DNA of 64,000 bases from Lingula anatina. Lineage: Eukaryota > Animalia > Brachiopoda. The stretch is taken from contig CM120641.1 of the NCBI GenBank assembly GCA_051362555.1, positions 44,770,401 through 44,834,400 on the forward strand, in the 5' to 3' direction. Both the position numbers and the translations under genes were made by a program. Below the pieces are notes generated by a model. The model did no database searches. It had not been told where the DNA came from and saw only the letters and a list, made by a program, of their open reading frames with translations. Within the stretch, counting starts at the first letter, position 1, and each line of letters begins with the position of its first letter. Below are positions 41,201-56,500 of the stretch, one piece after another.

Positions 41201-44200
41201 TGGTGCTGAAAGTGGTGCTGAAATGGATGAAGATGTGGATGAGGAAGCTGAAGACATTTCTGATGGGAACACAGGCAGTCAATATCATGTCAGTGAATCA
41301 GTAGTCCATGTTGATGTTAAGACTGGGAGTTCGGTTGGACAAACAAATTTTGCACCACGGGCTCCATCCAGCACTTCACAAGTGATACAGGGTGCTTCTA
41401 CACAACTGGAGAGTGTTCGGGAACAGGTGGAGTCTTCCTTAGAGAGTTCAGATGAGCACTTTCCTGATATAATTCCAGATAATCATTCTGCATTAGAGAC
41501 AGATTGTGCCATGAGTAGAGCTTTCCTTCATGATGAGCCCAGTCTGGAGACATTGCCAAAGCTCACAGATGACTGGATCAATGGAAGGATTTCCAATTTC
41601 AAATATATCATGGCTTTGAACAAACTTGCAGGGCGGCGGATGGGGGATCCTAACAATCACCCTGTCCTTCCTTGGGTGATTGATTTCACTACTCCCAACG
41701 GAGAATATCGAGATTTTTCAATGTCCAAATATAGACTTAACAAAGGCGATGATCAGTTAGACGTGATGTACAATGTGTCGTTTTCATCTTCAGTGCCAGG
41801 GAGGACCGAGGGTTTGATCCAAGTTCCACACCACATATCAGACGTTCTATCAGACATAACATACTACGTCTATAAAGCTCGGAGAACTCCCAAAGATATC
41901 CTCTGTACCAAAGTCCGATCCAAGTGGGTCCCGCGTGAGTACCCCTCCAGCATGCAGCGTATGCAAGAGTGGACTCCAGATGAATGCATTCCAGAGTTTT
42001 TCACAGACCCGAGTATCTTTGCGTCAATTCATGGTGACCTCCCTGACCTTGAGATCCCACCCTGGTCTTCCTCGCCAATGGACTTTGTCACCAAGCACAT
42101 GGCTATCCTAGAGGGTGACTATGTTTCTAGTCAGCTCCACTTGTGGATTGATCTCACATTTGGATACAAGGTATAAGTTCCTTGGCAGTTTTTTTTAGTC
42201 ATTTTTGGAAAAAAAAGAAAGCGTATATTATTAAATTATCAGACTGATTACTGAAGAATTCAATGCTTCATTATTTGGACTTAACTAGGTGCTTTGTGAA
42301 ATGGTGTCAAGAGAGAGTATGCTTGTTGCAAAATAATTTACCAGAACATCTAACTTTCAGTTGAGTGGTGCTGCTGCAGTGGATGCCAAAAATGTCTGCC
42401 TACAATTGGTTGATGAGCACACAAATTTGACCAATCACGGAGTGGTTCAGCTGTTTCAGAGTCCACACCCACAGCGCAACTGTGGACAGAAGAGTTTTTC
42501 GTCATCTTTGCCGCCTAATGTCATGCGTAACATGTCTTCATACAATGTGAGTTAGGCTCAGTTTGTTTTGTACGTGCTTACCTGATTGGATGTAAATATT
42601 GTATTAGCTGAATAAGTTTTGTTTGTAGAGTCTCGCATATCTGTGAACATGGTTAAGAAAACAAATTGAGTATTCTGATTTTCAAGACTTACTAACAGCT
42701 GTACATGCAAAGATTACATTACAGTTTGTTATCTGATTTGGGAATAGTTATAACACTAACAGAAGATTTCTTTTTTTTTTAATAAAAACTAGAATAATCT
42801 TTTATGTTGTTAGTACCTCAAGTCTCTTCATGAAATACCACAAAATGAGTTCGTAAAAGGCACAGGAGATCCTTACCGAATACAGGCAGCTTTGCAGGTA
42901 GGAAAACCCCATTAACACCATATAAACTGGTACTAGCGCAACTCTGGATTGAGCAGACACTGATTTGCATTGTTCTAGTGAGGGGAAAAGTTGATGGCAT
43001 TACCCCGTCAGAGAGTTAAAATTAGGAAAAAAAAAAAAAAAAGCAAGAATGGCTAAAAACTTATTTGTGTCTTTTCCGAACAAAAACAAGATTTTATGTT
43101 GAAGGCCAATTAAACGGAATGTTGGACAGTTGTAAGATATTTCAGAATAAGGTTAAAATGTGTATTATGAAAATAAGATGCAATATTTTGATAATTTTGG
43201 AAAGGGTGGAATTCATAGAATATTGCCTATCTGTACTTAATCAGGTGTTTGGTGAAACAGTTGAGAAAGACTTGCCAAGACCAGGCACCCCTCCTACAGA
43301 ACGCAGGTAAAGATGTAGTGAAGTGTCAAAAATTATTTTGTTCATATATAGTTTACCTATTTTTTATTAATAATGTAATGTCATTAAAAAATGACAAACG
43401 CACATAAATATGAACATTAAAAGTACGCAAAGAGGAAAATGATTGTAACTTTGATTTTCACTCCTTTGACAAAGGTCAGGAGATTCATTGCTGTGTCATT
43501 TAACTTTATTAGTTTGATGTTAAAATATTTTCACAGGTTGCAATCAGATCCAGGTTTGGTAGCTTATATGATGCCATGGAAAGTGCCAATCACATTGCCT
43601 GAAAATTACGATCCTCTGGAGCTCTTAAAAGAAGTGGAAAGAGGATGTGGCTTTTCCACCTCAGTTCTGCATTCCTGGCCACAAAGAAAGACTGTGGAGG
43701 TAAAGCAATGAAAGAAAAATAAATCCTGTTCATATTTTTTCACTTTGAATGTTCCACAAAAAAGGAGGATGACAGAATATATTAGGAAGTTAAGTAGCAT
43801 TAGCTGCGAAATAAAAGAAAAAAATATTAATTTTGTTAGAAGAAAAAAATTAAAGAAGTATTAAAAATGTGATAATCTCAAGAACTGGAGGGACATAAAA
43901 CCAATAAAAATAGTCCTGTTATCATCAAGAGATAAACTTGATAAAAGGTTGAAAAGATTATTAATTAAATGCTAAACTTGATAAAAGGTTGAAAAGATTA
44001 TTAATTAAAACTAGCATTTAAATCTTTTAATATTTGATATGTGTTTCATGTTTAATTGAATCCACCTTTTTTGTCCATTAGGAAATTCAAACGGTACAGG
44101 CACAGATCCAAGATAAAGTTAACCGAGATATGCAAATCCTGGGCTGTTTACTGGTTGAGATGTTTCTTAGTGCCAAGTTGCATGCCATCAGCTTTGAGAC

Positions 44201-47200
44201 CTCCTTTAAGGGAAGGTGTCGGATTGTGAGGGGCGTAGCAAGGCAATTCTTCCATGAATTACCAAGGTAATGAATACTTGACCTGCAGAATTAAAAATAA
44301 TTGAAAGTCTTCAGTTTTAGCTACAGTGGCACTGATAATAACATTCATTTGTAATAAGTTCCTTGTTTAAGTCATTTAGCTTAACATGTAGCTGGAAATA
44401 TGCCAAAATCTTTTGTAGTTACTTGTCAAAGATCACAACAAATAACTTCCAGTCTCTATGTTTTAATTGAGAATTAATTTGTTTCAAACTGTCAGTCTAG
44501 TTTTCAGTGAGAGTGGTATTACAAGCCAATTTACATGTCTTTCCATGAGTTTTATAGCATAAAATGGAACAGATTTTAGGACAGTTTACTTTGATTACCT
44601 GTTTTTCAATTACATAGGCCTATACGTCATGTAGTGAAGTGGCTTCTTCAACTGAACCGAAGTCTCCCGGCAAGTGCAGCAGATTCTAATCTCGCCTTTC
44701 CATACCGACTGCAGTCGCGAGAAGGTCTACCACCTCCCAATGCCAGCATCTTGCTAGAACCAACATTCCAAGTCATTTCATTTCCTGCTTACTTCCCAGA
44801 GCTGTATGCTTTTTTGAAAGAACTCCGAGCAGCAGACAACAGCTTATTTTCCCACTTCAACGATGTTCATGAAGTCTCGGATGATGGAAGTTTTTCAAAG
44901 CTGATGAAGAATAAGGTTGATATCTTTGCCAGAAATTTTAGCCAACTTAGCCCTAAACTAGACGAGGCTGGGGTTGAACTTCTCATGCCATATTTAAAGG
45001 AGTTGTTCTCAGATCGTGGTACCATGGTGAATGCAGCTTGGAATCTGTTTGGACCTGTTGCCAAACTGCTCGGTCCGACTGCCATGTCTAAGCATTTCCT
45101 GCAGTCTCTCACCAAACTCTACGATGGAGAAAATACTACCCCAAAGCACTTCAAACTTTACCACAGAACATTCGTGTTGCAGTTGCTCATACGCCTAGGT
45201 CTGGAGGTTTTTCTCAACAGTTTTGTGACACTCCTTATTGAGGCCACAAGTGGCTATAAAGATTTCATTCCAGATGTGACCTCTGACCCCAGCGTGTCCC
45301 ACGACGACAATGACCTTGACTCTGCTTCCATGGAAACTGATGAAGACACAGTAATAAAGTATGACTTTATATCTAGTGAGGAAGGAGTAGCCAGTGGCTT
45401 CCTAGACAGACAAATATCTGAAATGTCAGAACAAGCATTGCAGTTTGATGAAAATTTCCCAGAAAAGATCTCATTAGATGGGGTGGAAGAAGAAGATGGT
45501 GCTGTTGCATGTCACCACAACAATTCCACGGATACGGATTCCATTGGGGATCAGAAATCCATAACTAGCGCTAGGTCAGACCTTGAGATGGAGGACATTA
45601 AGGGTGGAGAGGTCCAAGCAGCATTGAACCCTGCCCTAGATGTCCCATCTGATGATGCCCCAGACAGCATAGCTGGCAGTTTAGGGACACATTCCACCCC
45701 CTTGGTCCCTGCGCACAAATGGGGGTCTAAAGGACCCATGGAAGTGAAGGAATCTGAAATTGGAGCCCGTAAACGCATTTCCTCTCAAACCTCCATAAGC
45801 AGTGCTGATCAGACACCCGAACAGAAAGGAAAACAAAGAGGTCAGAGATTACTTTTGATGATTAAAGGCTTTAAAACACACTGAGAAGTCTGTCTGTACT
45901 CAAGATATATTTACTCAGATGATTGATTATAAGTTGGGTATTAAACAGAGAGAAAAATAATGGTTTATTATTAAATTGTTTGATGAATAAAGACCATGAA
46001 AAGATTAAACAATTTATTGTAAGCTATGTAATGACCATTTTTGCTTGGAGGGGCTTTCTTAATTTTTGATATGTGAAGAAGGATTTCACCAAAAGTAATG
46101 ATCAATCTTCAATTATAAAAATAAATTTTCAGTTCAGAGAAAGAAATGGAGCTTGTCGTGCACCTTGGACAGCACAATGAACAGGTCGGAGTACAATGTA
46201 CGGGATGTTGCCACAGAGACAGTCAAGTGGCTTTCACAGAAACTGGGCCCTGTGCTTACTGCTAAACATCTGTCACACAACCTACTACGTATGCTTGTTC
46301 TTTGTTACCTGGAAGAGGAGCAGCTCTGCTTTGTGGAATTTGATGAAATAGGTAAGTCTTAAACCATTAAAAACACTTCTGTTTTATCTCTTTTTCGTGA
46401 TAGATGATTTCAAACCAAATGAAAATGAAAAGAAAATTCAGAATAGTTAACGAAGATAGTGTGTGCAGGGGTGCATCATTGTGTATGTGTATTTTCAAAT
46501 GAAGGTTTAAAACCCGCTTGTTAATCTTATTTTACAGATAATGATATATCTGCCTGTAAGAAAATGGTTGTTGGAGATCTAAATGCCTCTAAGATACTGG
46601 AGTCTCTGGGATACATAGCAGTTCTGTATGGCGAGCAAACAGTTGCTCTGCAGTACTTTAAACACATGTTGGAGCTGGTATGTAGCACATATATAAAATT
46701 ACTAATCATGTACCTAAAAACATCTTAAAGCAGCAAAAAGTTTGCAAAAGAGAAAATGGCCAGAGAAAGTGGTCAGGGGTGGACGAGGGTGTCCAAAAGA
46801 ACTTGAAATTTAAAATGCTGGTCATCCGCACTGTGTGGTTGTAATCTGCTCACAAAGGGCAAGCCTAGAATAAAAATTAAAATTATTGCAAATATTGTAA
46901 ATTATTTTAGTAATCTTATAAAAACTTAACAAGCTTTATGAAATCCAAAAAGTTTTCTGTATCATTTTAGCCCCCCTCCCTTCCCTTTTATTGTATGACC
47001 TATTTCTTTGACTCATTTTATTATTTTATGTAAGGTAGTTTATCTTTTAAGTTTTCTTTTTAGCTTCTCTGGATGGAAGTAACTTCCAAAAACTGGCAGC
47101 TATTAAAGATAAAACAGTTAATACCTTGATTATATTAATAATTCCAGGTGTTCACTGCCATGAAGAGACTGACTCCCCGTAGTGAGGCAGGTCTGGTCAG

Positions 47201-49570
47201 CTGTCTGACCCTTCTCAAATACATCATCCCTTACCTGTCAGACACCACCCTCATGGACTACTTACAGGTAATGGGCACGAAAACTTTTCCAGAGATATTT
47301 ACTGTTGGTCTTCCAAATTTTCTTTTTTGATCCATCCTCCATTTTTGTCCATCTATGAACAGGAAAATAAGATGCCCGTCAGTGTAAACTTGAAAAAATT
47401 CTGAAGACCCAGAAGAGGGCCTTTTGAATTAATTTAGTATTAAATTTTAGTTTTAAGACGGTTATAATTATATAGAGAAGATCTAATGAATTTTTTTTTT
47501 TAATTTGATGTATTTAGGATGATGGAATGAAGACCACACGCAGCATATTAAAAGACATGCTGTACCCTACCATCGAACTTCTCTCCTCCACGACAATCAG
47601 TTTTCCCAGTGGAGGCCATGTGCGGAAACTCCTCTGCTACAAAGTGGTGGATGTGATCTACCTGATTTGCCTCAGGATCGGCTTTGAACAAACCAGACAA
47701 CACATGTCTCAGGTTATGCAGTGTTTCTTCCAAGTCTTTGACTTGGTGCATGAAAGAAAGCACTCAGGCAACAATGAACCAAAGAGAAGTTCTGCTACTG
47801 CCATCCCAAACAAGAAAGGTATATTATACTTGTCTGTTATTCTTTATTAAGGAATAATTTCGATTGCCATATATGTCAGTTTCCACTAAACTTTCAAAAG
47901 CATTTTGGATTTAAAATTTAATAGTTATTTGGTAAATTAATTAAATTTTTTATAAGGTTGACCAGTCGTTTTCAATTGTTATATATTATAGATTATGCTT
48001 GGTTTCTAGAGAGCCTGACAGACTCAAATGAACTATTCCTGGAGATAAAGAAGGACAGTGTCAACAATGAGTACAAGATAGGCACCCCTGTATGTGTTGC
48101 TGATTTGATAAGTCCCACAAAGTCTTTCGGCAGCTCAGGATCATGGCACAGACGCTCTCACAGCCTCACGCCTTTAGAACCAGTGGTGCCCCACTCTCAA
48201 GGTTTGTCTTGGTTAACTCTAAGGTATAATCTGTTACAGCAAAACTGTATAATCACAGTCTGATTTAGATTATGATACTTAAGTGAGCACAGAATGCTTA
48301 TCAGAGTAGACAAACTGACCAAGACATACAGAAATGCTGGTCTGCATGCATGCACATACGCACATTCTGTGCTTTTCGGTCAACATATTAATAGTCGACC
48401 AGTTGTATCTGTTCAGTGTTTTTTGCTTAGATCGCCACTTACCATTTGATTATGTTTTATCACTCAATCTTTATATTGCAGCTGATGAAGACAACCCAGA
48501 GCAGGTAGCTACCAAAGAGAAAATAATGGATGAGCTCAGGCAGACCTTTACTCCTGAGATGGCTTATACTGCTTACATACCTCTTTGCCAAGTTTATGGA
48601 GGGTAGGTTTGACCTTGACCTTTAACCTGTGACCTGACCTCAGGTTTTTTGATTGACATGTTTTCTCTCTGTGTCAGCTTGCATATGACTTATCTGAGAT
48701 GGAAGTGTTCTACCATCTTATTGAACCCTAGATTAGTATTGATGTATTGATGTTGAAAAGTCCTTTGAATTCCTTTTTCAACTGAAAATAGCCTACTATA
48801 GAAATCATAATATTTTTTCTACCTACACGTGAATCTTTTGTAAGATGTGTTGGTTTTTTCAGGATCCACATGGAACAATACCTGAAGAATGAAAGCCTGA
48901 TTCGTGAGCTGTGCACGAGACATGATGAGGAAACGTCACTGCAGAACAAAATGGACTACTCTGGAGACTCCAGTGATTCTGGGGAAAGTGATGGTTTTCT
49001 CAATGGTAAGTGAATAAAAAGCCTTGAGATAGGAGCCTGAAAAACTGACAGTTCATTTTAGATATAGGGAACCAAGCAGGTGATGGTTCATTTATTGATT
49101 TTCACATCTCACTACATCAAGTACACCAATAATGAATTTTATGAAAAATTTTCACAAACCTTCTCACTCACTACACAGACCTTCCTACTCACAGGCACAC
49201 CGGATGGTGTTAAGCCTGGATTATAAGGTTTTACACCAGAATATTACAGCCCACTGAGATGCAGACAATTGAAAGCATTGCACACACAAAATGGCTTTTA
49301 TTTTTGGGCTTAGCGAAGACTGCTACACATGGACAGCTGACTGTGCTTAGTTAACTATGCAATATTGACTGTGTTTAGCTAACTATGCAATATTAGCAGA
49401 ATAGCATTGCTGTATGGAAATGGCTTAGAATAATCATTCACATGTCGGCAGTCACAATTTGCTCTCGTGGCACAATAAAAAGACCAAAAATATGAGGTCA
49501 GAAGTCATTTGCATTATTTATAAAACTGTTCAGGTTGCTAGTCTCTGCTATAGCCTGTCTTTTTACACAT

Positions 49571-49601
<31 letters not shown>

Positions 49602-50984
49602 TTTTTTTATTTATTTATTTATTTATTTATTTTATTTTATTTTTTTGTGAACCAGTTTCTGCACATCCTTATGCAGCTTAATTAATGCACAATGAAGCTT
49701 GCTTGATTATTTCTATCCAGGTGATGTTCTGCCATCCCCTGGACAGACAAGATGGTTCATTGAAGGTGAGTATAGGCACTACTATTATAGTACTAATATA
49801 CATGTATAGAGAATGAACTAGAATTTCAATGAGGAATTTGCTCTAAGAGGTTGTACATGTTCCATTCTCTTGAGGATTTCCAGCAAAGAGATATAGTGGC
49901 ATCACCCAGGCCTTAATGAGGACTTTTGGATTATGTGGGATCTATTGGCCATTTTCTGTTTGGTAAAAGTATGGATGAAAATGTAGAACAATTGTGATAG
50001 TGGTGAAACAGCCTGCCACAGAGGTATTTTAGCATTTGTCATGAATAAAACAGTAAATACCTCTTATTTGATAAATGAACAAAATAGTGGACTAAACACT
50101 ACACTAGAAAAATTGAGTCAGTATGCTCATTAGGCCAACACAACACTACAGTAACTGTATGCATAGACTGTATGGTGGTAAATTTCATGCATGCTACTGT
50201 AGGCTTTGACAGTTGCATGAAATACAGAATTAGTGCTCTACATGAACTACGTAAAGGTTGTATTCTTACCTTGAAAACTGTCACTAGCAGATTATATGAA
50301 AAATTTTAATTTAAACCCCAAAATAGCTCATATCTTTGAAAGTTTGTTACTTACTGTCATTCATATAGTACATGTATATGTATACCAGTACCCATTTGTT
50401 CTAATGATCTTATTAATGATGATGGCTTGTATGACAGTGGTTGGTAAATACTTTGATCAAGGATGGATCAGTTTAAAAATTTCAATGTTACAGTCTCAGA
50501 TTAGTGAAGTCTACTATATAATGTTTGTATTGGCCTTATATCTTATTATGGTATGATGTTCTAGACTAATAGTTGTAGATGGTTTAGCCAAACTAAAACT
50601 TTGAAGCATATCGATGATAAATTTGGCAAACTGTTTTGAAATGTTATATTTTTATAAGGCAAATGAGATAACAATAATATTAGTATGTCACGATATTTTT
50701 AATGCAAAGTTAATGATCTTCACTAACTTTTTCTAATTTTTTTCTAGGCTTCCTTGGTGAGCAGAAGGACAAGGAAGACATAGTGACGGGTTCTTTTGGT
50801 AAAAATGTCAAAGTGGTAGGGAACAAGTTGGCAGTGTCTTGTGAGGATGACCATCTGTTGTCCATGGCAGCAGTGAAACAAGATCGTCTGCTCCCTAAAA
50901 AGAAACTTCCAGATGTCAGGAGATCAGTGGACAATCCTAAGCAGATTGATATTAAGAAACTGAAATGGTTTGTGGAGTATTTCA

Positions 50985-51040
<56 letters not shown>

Positions 51041-53469
51041 TGATGTTGTTGACTTGACATTTAACAAGCATCTGTTTATTTAAAGCGTCTTATAGTTAAT
51101 ATTGCAGCAAAAGGATACAGTTGAAAAAAATTTCTTTTTGCCGTTGACCAGTAACTACTACTTCTGTTCTAGTGCAAAGTTTTATGCACTTTAGGCAGTT
51201 ATTTGGAAACCTAAGGGAGTTTCCACTTAATTGGAGAGCATTTCTTTTTTCTTATATCCTGGGTATAACATCTACATTGAAAAAGGAATCAAAATAAATA
51301 AAAAACACATCCAAATCTCAAGAGAAGCCCTATTGTATTAGATGTTGTGTTAATCTAAGCACAGGATTTAACCAGTTCTTTATGACTTATTTCAGCCCTG
51401 AAATGGAAACTGCCACATCACGCCACCTGAAAGGCAACTGGCTGGCATATTGGGAACATGAAATTGGTACGATTTAGCATATTATCTCGCTAATGCCAGT
51501 TGAAATGTAGACCTGTTACTATATATATTACAATGAAAATAATCTTAATAAGGTTTCTTTTGCATTGTGAAATATTTTCTGTGATAGGGGCCAGAAGGTT
51601 TCATTAAACTTACATGATATATTTGATAGCAAGAAGATCATTACTTTAATTTACAATATTATCATCAATATATACTTTCTTAGGCTTCATTCACATCAAG
51701 TTGAGCCATGGCTCTACAAAGCCGCGACCTAAATATGGCGGAGGTACATGAAAGGAAAACCGCCTAATCTTTTAATAGTCTCTCCGCCTCTCACACGCCT
51801 CCCCACTAGTCGTCCCTGCGGGGGTACAGTCATTAAATCTCGGCTCCATTTGCCCGGAAGCTGTCTGTATGAGCATAAAAGCTTTTAATTATTATAATAA
51901 ATTGATTTTTTGGTTTTATTTTTTAGGATTGAGTGAAAAGGATACAAGGTTTAATTTCAAACAAATAAAATTGCAGACGTTCTCAAGTAAGTTACATTTT
52001 TCACATAAACTTATTAGATTTTTTTTTTTTGGGGGGGGGAGCACATTTCCTCATGTTCTACTTTGAATTTTGAATAGATAAATTTAAAAAGAAAGATGGT
52101 GTTGAATAAAAGATATTACATGAAAAGCAATTCACTTGATGTTACAGATTTTGATTTTATGAAAAAAAATTGAAGTTGAAATTATTTTGAATTTAATAAT
52201 TTATAGATCACACCAACTCTGTGCGCTCAATACATGTGATGGACAATGAGAACTGCTTCTTCAGCGCCAGCAAGGATAAGACTGTGAAGCTGTGGAGTAT
52301 TCAGAGCTTTGGGGATGGTTCTGCGAGGTATGAACTGGGGTCACAGGCAGATCCAGAGCTATTTTCTGACGGTCTTCCAAATTATCTTTCTTGATCAATC
52401 CATCTTTCGTTGGAAAAAAATTAGATACTCGTCAATGTAAACTTGAAAGTCTGACTGACTTCTGGAAGACCCAGAAGACAGCCTCAATCCGCCCCTGGGG
52501 GTTTGGTCTTTTAGTCACTATTCCTGAAAATAAACAAGAATGGAGGAGGGCCATTAGTGGGAAAGAGTTCAACCTTGATTATTCAGGACAGAAGACCTGA
52601 AATACCAAAGATGATGATGATGATTGCATATTACATTATTACACTATTTCATCACGCAGGCACAGATTTTTATGTCAGTACTTATCAATACCACGCCAGT
52701 CACCTGTCTTCCGTCAAATAATTTTTGATTTTCTTCTTGACTTAGGAGTCACCCACAGTGGACATACCTACAACACAGGAAGCCAGTGTTAGCTGTGACC
52801 TTCCTGGAGTCCATGAGACTGGCTGCTTCCAGTGATAGCTCAGTTCATGTAGGTGGCTTATTTAGAATTTGTCTAAAATTCAATACGTTTAAATTTTGAT
52901 GAATTTCTTTTATTATGTTTTTTTAAAGCAATAGCTCAGTAAATATAAGTTGTTTTTGATATCTTGAGGTTCATTTTCCAGCAAATTAATTTGCATGCAT
53001 TTTCATGTAATTTACAATATTCAGATATATATATACATGATATAGATTTCTGGTTCATACATGAGGTCTGTTTGTCCAAATGAGCAGCTTATTTTTTCAG
53101 TTGTGTGCTTTATGTACCCCCCTCAAAAAAAAAAAATAATAAATAAATAAATAAAATAAATCAATATAAATAATCATTGGAAATGGGCATGTTGGTCCCT
53201 GATTACAGGTGATTTTTCTATGATTTTGTTTTTCTCTGCAGATTTGGGACCCATTTGTGGGGATGCCAATACGCCAGTTTGACAGCAGTAAGAACAATCC
53301 TGTGGCAGCATTTTGTTGCATGTCACCACCCCATAACACCATATTGTGTGGAACTAATGAAGGATCACTAAGGTAGTTTATGAGATTAAAAACATTGAAT
53401 TGTAGCCAAATACATCACAGCATTGTGTATAATCACCCCCCCCCCTCCCCCCAAAAAAAAATAAAAAAA

Positions 53470-53512
<43 letters not shown>

Positions 53513-56500
53513 ATATAATGATAAAAAATAATAATACATTAGGATATAACTGAAAGCAGATCATATAAAAGTATAAACATCACTCTTGCTCTTAAACTGT
53601 CTGATGATATCAACTTGGGCTAAGAAGTTTTGTTTCTTTATATATTTCAAAACTTCACCTCTTAGTCAAGTCTGTGGTTACCAAGGTACCTAGATAATAA
53701 AAGTCAAATTATTCTATTTGTTCTTTTAAAAATTAATGCAACATTAATGCTGAATTTTCTTATGTATATTTTGTGATTTTTTTGTTTGACACTTTGTATT
53801 TTAAAAGCCATGACTTTTTACAGTTTAATTATATAGTGGGCATTTATATGACATCATACGTATTCACTTCAGATTCCTAGATGTGAGAGCTGGAAAGTTC
53901 ATGCAGGAATATAAATGTGTCACGGGTCCAGCAGGTACGGGCATGACTTCATTGACTAAATTAAGAAAGCTGTGTGGTTCAATAAAAATTAGTGTAATAT
54001 TGAATAACTGAGAACATTGGTGTAATTTAGATTTTTAAAATATTCTTTACATTCTTATCACTTAATGAATGCTCTTTATTGTGAACCTTTTTAAAAATCT
54101 GTTTGTTTGAGAGATGGGCACATTGATTATTGAAGTAAATCATAACCAGTAATTCAGCAAATTGAACTTTCATTACTATGCATGCAGATCTAAAGGACAG
54201 GTTATATAAACAAAGTGAGTGATTATAAGGAATATCATCCAAAGGAAATTGCATAAAATTGGTTGTCTTAAAAGCTTGGTGTCACATTATTACTTAATAA
54301 AGTCTCTTGTTTGGATCAAATTTTAAAAAAAGGAAAATGTTTTGCAGAATGTTTGTGGTGCATTTTTGGTGTGGATTGCTTTGAGACATTTACATTTCAA
54401 AATTAAGGTGAAGCTGAAGAAAATATTGCCCAAGAAAGAGAAACTAGCTGTCATAGACAATCCATCAAGTTTACGATGGAACTTAATTGTGGGTTTGGCT
54501 TGGGCGTGTTATAATAAAAAGTTTAGTATGTACAGGTAGTGTTAGAGTGTTGGTGTGGAGTACAATGTTAGATGTGTATTGTATATATAAAGAATGGGTA
54601 AGAGGTGGGATGTCATAAACCTATGTGTTGTATTTACTATGTGTGGGGATTGGGGGAAGGTTAACAAAACAAGGTGTTATATGCACAGGGTGGATGTTTT
54701 GGGGAGGGCACTTTGATGCCTCAGCTGATCTTATAGTCCTTCAGTGTGGCTATTTTGTTGCACTGCCAAACACCATTTATCATCAAACAGGAGTTGAAAT
54801 GAAATGTTTATCAATGTGTTTCATATATTAAATATCTTTTTGACTTTGATATTTCTGTTTTCTCAACATTTCCTTGGCATAGGGTACAATGTGTTAATTT
54901 TATACTTAGGGGAAATATTCTTATAACCAAGTTTATGAGCACTGATCGAGTACTTTTACATGTACAGCTGGTTGTCTTGAGTAATGTCTAGTCAAGGTGG
55001 ATTTGTGATCAATATTTTCTGCTTTGCCTATGAATTTTTGTATTTAAGGCTTATTACAGTATCAGTCTCCTTAGCCATTCTAATTATGGAGCTACCTATA
55101 GGATTTCATTAAGACAAATATACATTTTTATTTATTGCGTGACTGATTTTTAACGTACACTGTTATATATTCACAAATGTACCCGGAAGACTGAATTCCA
55201 CATTGTTTTTATAGTTACGGAAATATGATCCTCAGATTCAGTAATCCAAAACTTTTGGTATTGTTCCAGGTGTTCTTCGCTGTGTGACAGTTAGTCCGTC
55301 CAGTAACTGGGTGGCCGTGGGATTCTCTGCCGGGGTGTTGTCCTTGCTGGACACAAGAACTGGACTGTTACTGGGCACTTGGAAGGGACATGAAGGAGAC
55401 ATAATGAAGGTAGCTGTGCTTGAGTTGGTGTACTGTTGTCAATATCAATTTAATTTTCAGTTCATCATTGATAGCTTTGATTTAAAAATGCAATCTCCTT
55501 TCATTTACAGTTAAAGGCATTTAATGACAGAAAGTTTGTCACCTCTGGGGTGGACAACATGGTTCATTTATGGAGGACAGATGTGGATCAGAGATATATG
55601 TGTTCTATGAAAGGTATGTTCATTTTTACTCAAAGTGCCGGAGTAGGTTATGTTTTACATTTTGCTGAAGTTTTATGTGCTTGGTTAATCTGAGCTCATG
55701 GTACATGTATACATGTATTAAGGTGAGAAACTGTGAGCTTGAGCTCTTGGAGCATACTTATGATTTTTTTTGATAGCATAAAAAGGGCATTTATGCAGTT
55801 TTTTAAGGGATACTGATGTTATTGGGTAATATTCGAATTATTCAAACCAAACCTAACATAACCCTTAACACATATAAAAGATTTTTAAAAACAAGATAAA
55901 AGAGTGTGCATACACACAGGAAGCTATTTTGTCATATTTGAATATCATCTTCACTCTACCAGGTCACAGTGAGCCTGTTCATGGCATCAGTTTCTACAGG
56001 AATGAGATGATTTCCATCACAGCAGGGAACAAGATAGGAGTCCACACGTCACTGGACAGTCATGTAAGAATAGAATAAACGAAAAAACTGCTCGCTTCAC
56101 CTTTTAGCGTAGATCATTAAAGTGTGAGGCATAGCCTAGACAAACATCATTTTTTGGTCTCAGAAACCAGTAATCTTGGGTGCAGAGACTTGGGTGCAGA
56201 AGACACCCCCATTTGTATTATTGTACCACCAGCGTTAGCGCTGGCGGTACACATGGTTTTAGTCCCGTCCGTTCCGTTCCGCCGGCTCCGCCGGCTCCGC
56301 CGCCATGTTACCGTTACCGCTTCTCCTCCTAGACGGTAAGGGCCCCCATACCCATCTCTTGGATTTAGGTCACCTATAATCTCAACTCGTTCCACGTAAA
56401 ATTTGGGCTTTGTCGGTATTGGGGTCTAGGTGTGGCACTCATTGCAATGCACCCTTGTCCAAAAATGGCAAAATTAAATGCTAATTATCTACCCTACGGA

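Noticed and set aside
43953-44009. Local tandem duplication with a 40-bp period (similar short ones at ~27644, ~37858 and ~49359)
   Set aside because: Ordinary slippage duplications in introns or intergenic DNA with no functional signal.
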